From: Promethearchaeota archaeon
Lineage (GTDB): Archaea > Asgardarchaeota > Lokiarchaeia > Sigyniarchaeales > SOKP01
Length of the DNA: 43,014 nt
Assembly: GCA_048941285.1 (NCBI GenBank)
Contig: JBHLNS010000030.1
Coordinates: 1 to 43,014, forward strand
Direction of reading: 5' to 3'
Positions 39,001 to 43,014 of this stretch are shown one piece after another; position 1 is the first letter of the stretch, and each line of letters begins with the position of its first letter. Made by a program: the position numbers and the translations under genes. The notes under the pieces are model-generated. The model saw nothing but the letters and a program-made list of their open reading frames with translations. It was not told the DNA's origin and ran no database searches.

Positions 39001-40531
39001 TACATCTACAGATTTAATTAGAGAATTTATGTGGTCTGGAACAGGTGCTGGAAATTTCACGATAATCATTAATTCTGCTGATTTGTCAGCAGGCGGGAGT
39101 AGTCGATTTTACAATGTTAGAATTGAAGGGTCCCTCCCAGGATATCCAGCCCCTAATAGTGAAGGTTTTCTACTTGAATTAAAAGCAATACCTACAATTA
39201 TCAGTGCTCATGATCATGATACACAAATAGAATTACTAGATAAATCCTATACTGCTCATTATGATGATTATATAAGTATTATGGTGAAATATTCAATTTA
39301 TGAAACTGGAATTCCATTGGAAGATGCCTATTTAACATATGAATGGTTGGGCCTTACACCTATAAGCTTTTATGCAGACCCTATTAATGTTGGGTTTTAC
39401 ACCTTCACATTAGACACTTCAGATGCTCAAACGACTGGCCTTAAAGTTATTAGTATTACTGCTTCATATGAAAACTATACAACGAAATCAAATTTTTTGG
39501 TGTATCTTAACATTCTTGAAAGAGAAACGATTCTCAACGCCCAATCTGACGACTTGTATTATATTAGCTCAAGAATTTATGTTCAAGATCAAAAGAATTT
39601 CATTTTTACGTATCAAGACTCTAGTACGATGGATATAATTGGAGATTTAACTATTTCTAATTATGTTTGGGAAGAATTATATGAGAATGGAACAAAAATA
39701 CCCGGTAGTTTTGGCTCAGGCACATTAATTCAAAATTTGAATCATAGTTATACTTTAGATTTTAACACAGAGCTAAAGCCAGTTGGATATTATTTCTTAT
39801 ATTTGACGTTAAAGCAAGAAAATTATGAACAGAAAAATGCTTTTATTTATTTAGAAATAATGCTGAGAGAATTTACAGTAACAATTCAATATCCTCATTT
39901 AGGGAGTAATAATCAAATTGCAATAACTCAAGGGAGTGATATCTATTTTGAGGTCCATTTATGGGACAATACTAGATCTGAAGAATTGGCAACTGCTGAG
40001 GTTAAATTTGATTTTAGAGGTATATCATATATATTAAATCCAATTCTAACTGAACCAGGAGCTTACAACGCATCCGTATTGACCAAAGATATTAATACAT
40101 TCTTAATGGCACACACTTTTGTAGGTAAAATTCAAATTAATGCCGCTAATTTCACTAGTCAAGAATTTTCAATAACTATTACCGTAAAAATGCAGGAGAT
40201 ATGGCCGGGAATGCCAACCTTCTATTTCATTATAATAACAGCAGCGATTGTTGGTGTTGTAGGAAGCATAGTTGGATATAGGGTTATCCAACAAGCAAGA
40301 ATACCCAAACACGTTAAAAAGATTAGAAAAATTAAAAACTTGATAAAATCTAAAAAGATAATCACCGAATCATTTTCAGTACCAACTAAAGACGAAATGA
40401 TGGTTAAATTGTTTGGAGAAGATTGGAAGTATATTGGGCTTTCAATAGAAGAAGCATTAGGGATAACCGATCTAAAAAAGAAATCTTCATTAGAAAACAA
40501 AATAACAAAGGAAAGAGGTGAAAATGAGTAA
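36092..40531 (+). CDS. Large single-pass cell-surface protein (signal peptide, DUF2341-like N-domain, CBM-like domain, multiple Ig/transthyretin-like repeats, C-terminal TM, basic cytoplasmic tail)
   Basis: Hydrophobic N-terminus; WWD.SF.YRR.I...DDIRIV...YMYFGN; WIKNGDFE; repeated D.DG..(V/L)..A.V motifs; many N-x-S/T sequons; TM FYFIIITAAIVGVVGSIVGY; about 80-aa tail. Confidence 0.85.
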   Translation: MKIQKSYKQRLNKTSLLFVILVLSFITGVSMNSINISNDKDNLSDKEFKDDNFPAESLNPSVLGNDSWWDYSFRYRRLIEVSNPYALTFVDYGVSTSFNYAQLLQAGMIYQDDLDDIRIVENGKLRNYYIVKDYPETGFATVYFDTNISQSTTELDTYMYFGNEIVGNAESDDPSSSFGWIKNGDFELDTSSDDKYSPFGWTFTDEPIDYLGIVSGDNIPYPNAANESAISYEYFRYKPIHISECDPDYLTDPPPNWDSALRIENGEYSYVWGSNLNALGGIGSVFDYAGTFFSYPFKVPIVQGGSLYLRLYRNIRTWRFEKRAKPQDDIDIDGFFIRLCNVSSYGSDVDSHTVLGEEYSSPEYVEAYGGYARYSPSGKMWDDEDYLQDHVTPGSQYATLSHTYNDGDLTGTIYYDLTPYMGQEIFLEAGAWGQESGNLPQEAGEKQGIFQLDYIGFNYTLTASIDQVQAHNSTLKIIARDVDGRIVSNAEVMLVNNSISKGQPGYEVATGMTDSIGRITFKNIPNGRYNITANYTLGSRESEVYNSYISGVGPFYLNGISYTEEITLDLWTIDFEITDWDGTPLSKGYIEVNETLGGDLLKTMILDQNGRAMFRWLNVPSYYFRVYYDNDDYYGNPLLLNESYIYRSDYDKVGVKYQDYSISVKDTNINPPGENGYSISEYIYTNGSRTEFGYEKIIKFNVSLTNMIDQLEDISIYYIDKYGTTGTSNHLIYFEDGYNPGEDNDFIELDVPLIDNSKLRSERYEVHGLLIEVNGLNFSQCDGTIEIETIETCNIYNRTNLARINIQMIDEYDNPISAEIHVVDTLSGNPLIDLTASSTTTGGWAYGSSGLPFWYLKNRIYNFTIDAYNLTNIVFDVDYIDPPQWQPQGITWFNYTLETASTITFKAYLPGVNTSYYLTSFSNSSGTEEAYWGDNVAFSVIFEYTDDNGNTWNPVADPSARCTIYIRRVGTSTDLIREFMWSGTGAGNFTIIINSADLSAGGSSRFYNVRIEGSLPGYPAPNSEGFLLELKAIPTIISAHDHDTQIELLDKSYTAHYDDYISIMVKYSIYETGIPLEDAYLTYEWLGLTPISFYADPINVGFYTFTLDTSDAQTTGLKVISITASYENYTTKSNFLVYLNILERETILNAQSDDLYYISSRIYVQDQKNFIFTYQDSSTMDIIGDLTISNYVWEELYENGTKIPGSFGSGTLIQNLNHSYTLDFNTELKPVGYYFLYLTLKQENYEQKNAFIYLEIMLREFTVTIQYPHLGSNNQIAITQGSDIYFEVHLWDNTRSEELATAEVKFDFRGISYILNPILTEPGAYNASVLTKDINTFLMAHTFVGKIQINAANFTSQEFSITITVKMQEIWPGMPTFYFIIITAAIVGVVGSIVGYRVIQQARIPKHVKKIRKIKNLIKSKKIITESFSVPTKDEMMVKLFGEDWKYIGLSIEEALGITDLKKKSSLENKITKERGENE

Positions 40532-41643
40532 TGCCAATAGGTTTAGTTATTATGAGATGGGATATAAAAGTAAGTACAGAAATACTTGCTAAATATCCAG
40601 AAGAACTTATAATAAGTGATGAAACTTTAATGCAAATTTATGCCGCTCATGAATATACAGGAGAACCAGGAATGATAAGTTTATTAGTTGGTCCTTTAAA
40701 CATTGCTTCGTACTATACAGGTCGAGAAAAACCATTATATATTATCTTACTGCTGAATCTAGATGAAGATGCTGATACTTATGAAGGAGGATTATCAGAT
40801 ATTTCTCGTGTAATATTCCAAAATTACGAAGATAATGCCTACCTGGAGATGATTCCTTTTCTTTTCCAACGTTTATCCATATACCCTCATTTGAATGATG
40901 AGCAAAGTTTAGCTGTTACCTTTTCTGACAACCTTAATCGATTGATCATAGAGAGATTAAGAGAAGAAGGAGTAATTACTAAGTCTGAATTAAAAATATG
41001 GTTGAAGGATAGATATAGGGAAGGATTTTTTGACGTTGACGCAATTTTAATGGAACTAATTAAAAAAGAAATTGTAAAAGAAACATCAGTAAAAGGAATG
41101 CCTTCTGAACTAATATTTCTAATAAATGATCTTTTTATGTTAAGAAGACCCCCAATTAGATTACTCAAAAATCCTGTAGAACGGGGGCTTCCGGAGAGAT
41201 TTGTTGAGGAATATAATGTTGCGGTAAGAAAATTTTTCCAAAAGTATCGGCCCTCAGAAGAAGATAATCTTAAAATTTTAGATGAAGTTATTGGAGACCC
41301 TCAAGTTTATGAAATTTTTAAACTTCTAAGAATTTCAATTGTCACGAAAAATGTTTTAGAGAAATTACGTAAAAAAGGCGTTGATGATATAGATGGTGGT
41401 TTAAAGAAATTATGGGAAAACCAATTGATTCATGTATTCCAAGATAGTAAAGGAAATGAGTATTATGCATTAATCTCTGACTTTCACAATTCTCTAGTAT
41501 ATCCAAAATACATGTTAAAAACGATTATTCATCAATATGGAGTAAAATCAAAATCTAGTAGTGTTTTAATCGAATATCTTAACGTTCTTGACGATAATTA
41601 TCGTTCTATAAAAATTAAAGCTGAAGTAAAACAAGAAGAATAA
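40531..41643 (+). CDS. Longin/uDENN-like domain plus tandem winged-helix protein (NPRL2/FLCN-like architecture)
   Basis: N-terminal GLVIMRWD..VSTEILAKYP (uDENN/longin-type start) and two wHTH-like segments ending ELIKKEIV and KLWENQLI; TAATG overlap with the upstream gene. Confidence 0.65.
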   Translation: MPIGLVIMRWDIKVSTEILAKYPEELIISDETLMQIYAAHEYTGEPGMISLLVGPLNIASYYTGREKPLYIILLLNLDEDADTYEGGLSDISRVIFQNYEDNAYLEMIPFLFQRLSIYPHLNDEQSLAVTFSDNLNRLIIERLREEGVITKSELKIWLKDRYREGFFDVDAILMELIKKEIVKETSVKGMPSELIFLINDLFMLRRPPIRLLKNPVERGLPERFVEEYNVAVRKFFQKYRPSEEDNLKILDEVIGDPQVYEIFKLLRISIVTKNVLEKLRKKGVDDIDGGLKKLWENQLIHVFQDSKGNEYYALISDFHNSLVYPKYMLKTIIHQYGVKSKSSSVLIEYLNVLDDNYRSIKIKAEVKQEE

Positions 41644-41644
41644 A

Positions 41645-41670
41645 TTTTTTTATTTTTTTATTTTTTTAAT
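41645..41670 (+). terminator. Oligo-T terminator between convergent genes
   Basis: Three consecutive T7 runs separated by single A. Confidence 0.5.
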
Positions 41671-41685
41671 TAGATATATGACTTT

Positions 41686-42726
41686 TTATTGGTTTGCTAA
41701 ATACCCTTTCAGTTTATTAGCTTTTTCATGAAATTCCTTGTAAAGATTATCATCACCTAATTCAAGGCATAAATCTGAAATTTTCTCAAAATATTCAGCA
41801 GTTTTAGCAATATCTCCGTTTTCTAAACTAATTTTTGCTTGATGAATTAATTGATCTCTTTCGAATAGAGGTTTTAATAAAGGTGAGGCATCAGTACTAA
41901 CCTCAAGGATATCTGCTATAATTTGAATCATCTTTTCTCGATTATCAGGTTCAATTGCAACCATTGAGTATGTTTTAAGACCAAGTATTGATTCAATTTT
42001 CTGTACAATTAACGCATCAGGTAAATCTTGTTTGTTCCCAATTATAGCGGTATGGGCATATGGGGCGTGTTCTTTTACTAATTCAATAAAAAATTTACTT
42101 TTTTCTACATTTTCTAAAGTAGAGTCAGTAATGATAAGAACTGCATCACTACCTAGAATAAAATCGTTCCATAGATAACTGAATTGTTCTTGTCCGGCGA
42201 AATCCCATAGGTGAAAATATAATTTACCGATTTTAACAGTTGAAATTTTCCCTGTAATAGTAGGAATATGTACTGATGGGATCTCTGTAGCACAAATTAA
42301 CTTTGTAGTTGTGGTTTTTCCTACTCCAGAAAAGCCTACTAATGAGATTTTTGTCTTAAGATTCCTATGAATGGAATCTACGATCGGATCAAGTAATTCC
42401 ATGAGTGAGGAATCCAAATTGTCAATAGCATCACCAAAAGTATCTAAAAATTCTTTTTGGAGATTTTTTAATTCACGTTTCGTCTGTGCGAGATTATCAT
42501 TAATGTCAGTTATAAACATAAACATTAAATCTAATTCCTCTTCGACTGCAAAAACTAATTTGTATTTAATATAATCATAACTGTTGAGTTCTATCCCAGT
42601 ACCCTTTTTAGATAATTCCATTATATCGTGATAAAATTTATTAAAATCCCCCTCAGATATCGCTTTACCGAAGTTTTTATTATACAGTACTTTTTCATCC
42701 TTTAATATATAAACTTGCCTTAGCAT
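41686..42726 (-). CDS. Longin-domain/Arf-like small GTPase fusion with C-terminal helical bundle
   Basis: N-terminal longin-like MLRQVYILKD..VLY...F; G1 GFSGVGKT, PT, WDFAGQ...LW, NKQD; C-terminal TPR/MIT-like helices. Start ATG 42726 or TTG 42735. Confidence 0.85.
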   Translation of the reverse strand: MLRQVYILKDEKVLYNKNFGKAISEGDFNKFYHDIMELSKKGTGIELNSYDYIKYKLVFAVEEELDLMFMFITDINDNLAQTKRELKNLQKEFLDTFGDAIDNLDSSLMELLDPIVDSIHRNLKTKISLVGFSGVGKTTTTKLICATEIPSVHIPTITGKISTVKIGKLYFHLWDFAGQEQFSYLWNDFILGSDAVLIITDSTLENVEKSKFFIELVKEHAPYAHTAIIGNKQDLPDALIVQKIESILGLKTYSMVAIEPDNREKMIQIIADILEVSTDASPLLKPLFERDQLIHQAKISLENGDIAKTAEYFEKISDLCLELGDDNLYKEFHEKANKLKGYLANQ

Positions 42727-43014
42727 ATTTCCCAATCTAACTATTATAAAATTATCAAATAAAGAAGTTAATTTCTCTTTCTATCAAAATCAAAAATGAA
42801 AATTTTCCTTGATTCTTCAATCTAAATTTAAATATTTAAATTTTTAGAAATTGAAAAATATGAGAAGCATAATATAGAATTATTCAAATTATATTTAAAT
42901 CCAAGAAAGTGAAAGAGATGAAGGTTTGTTTAATTTACATAGAGCTAATAAATGAATATAATATTTTTTGTATAGTTTTCAAACTTATATCAATTTAATT
43001 TAGTCCGTTTTAAA

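Overview
AT-rich chromosomal window, most consistent with an Asgard archaeon of the Lokiarchaeia type. The evidence is archaeal uS13/uS4/eS25, an archaeal histone, an intron-containing tRNA-Ser(CGA), CofC, four Ras-superfamily small GTPases and a longin/DENN-like protein. No mobile element, CRISPR array or rRNA is visible. The ORF track misses or fragments several genes. (1) A selenoprotein operon, hdrA (two in-frame UGA) - mvhD/vhuD (two in-frame UGA, absent from the track) - frhB-like, in which all four UGAs fall at conserved Cys positions. (2) Two genes whose conserved N-termini lie upstream of the first ATG/GTG/TTG and which appear to start at ATA (beta-galactosidase) or ATT (Rag-like GTPase) behind Shine-Dalgarno-like motifs. 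(3) A 41-aa zinc-finger microORF. The best candidate for an undescribed system is at the right end. A 1479-aa single-pass surface protein is translationally coupled to a longin/uDENN plus tandem winged-helix protein (NPRL2/FLCN-like architecture), which converges on a longin-GTPase fusion; two Rag-like GTPases lie elsewhere in the window. Also notable are a close homologue of the eukaryotic 18S rRNA m7G methyltransferase Bud23 head-to-head with eS25, a tailed histone lacking tetramerisation residues, an acyltransferase pair plus half-dead phosphoesterase operon, and a degenerate hammerhead-ribozyme-like motif. All family assignments come from motif recognition by eye; no database searches were run.
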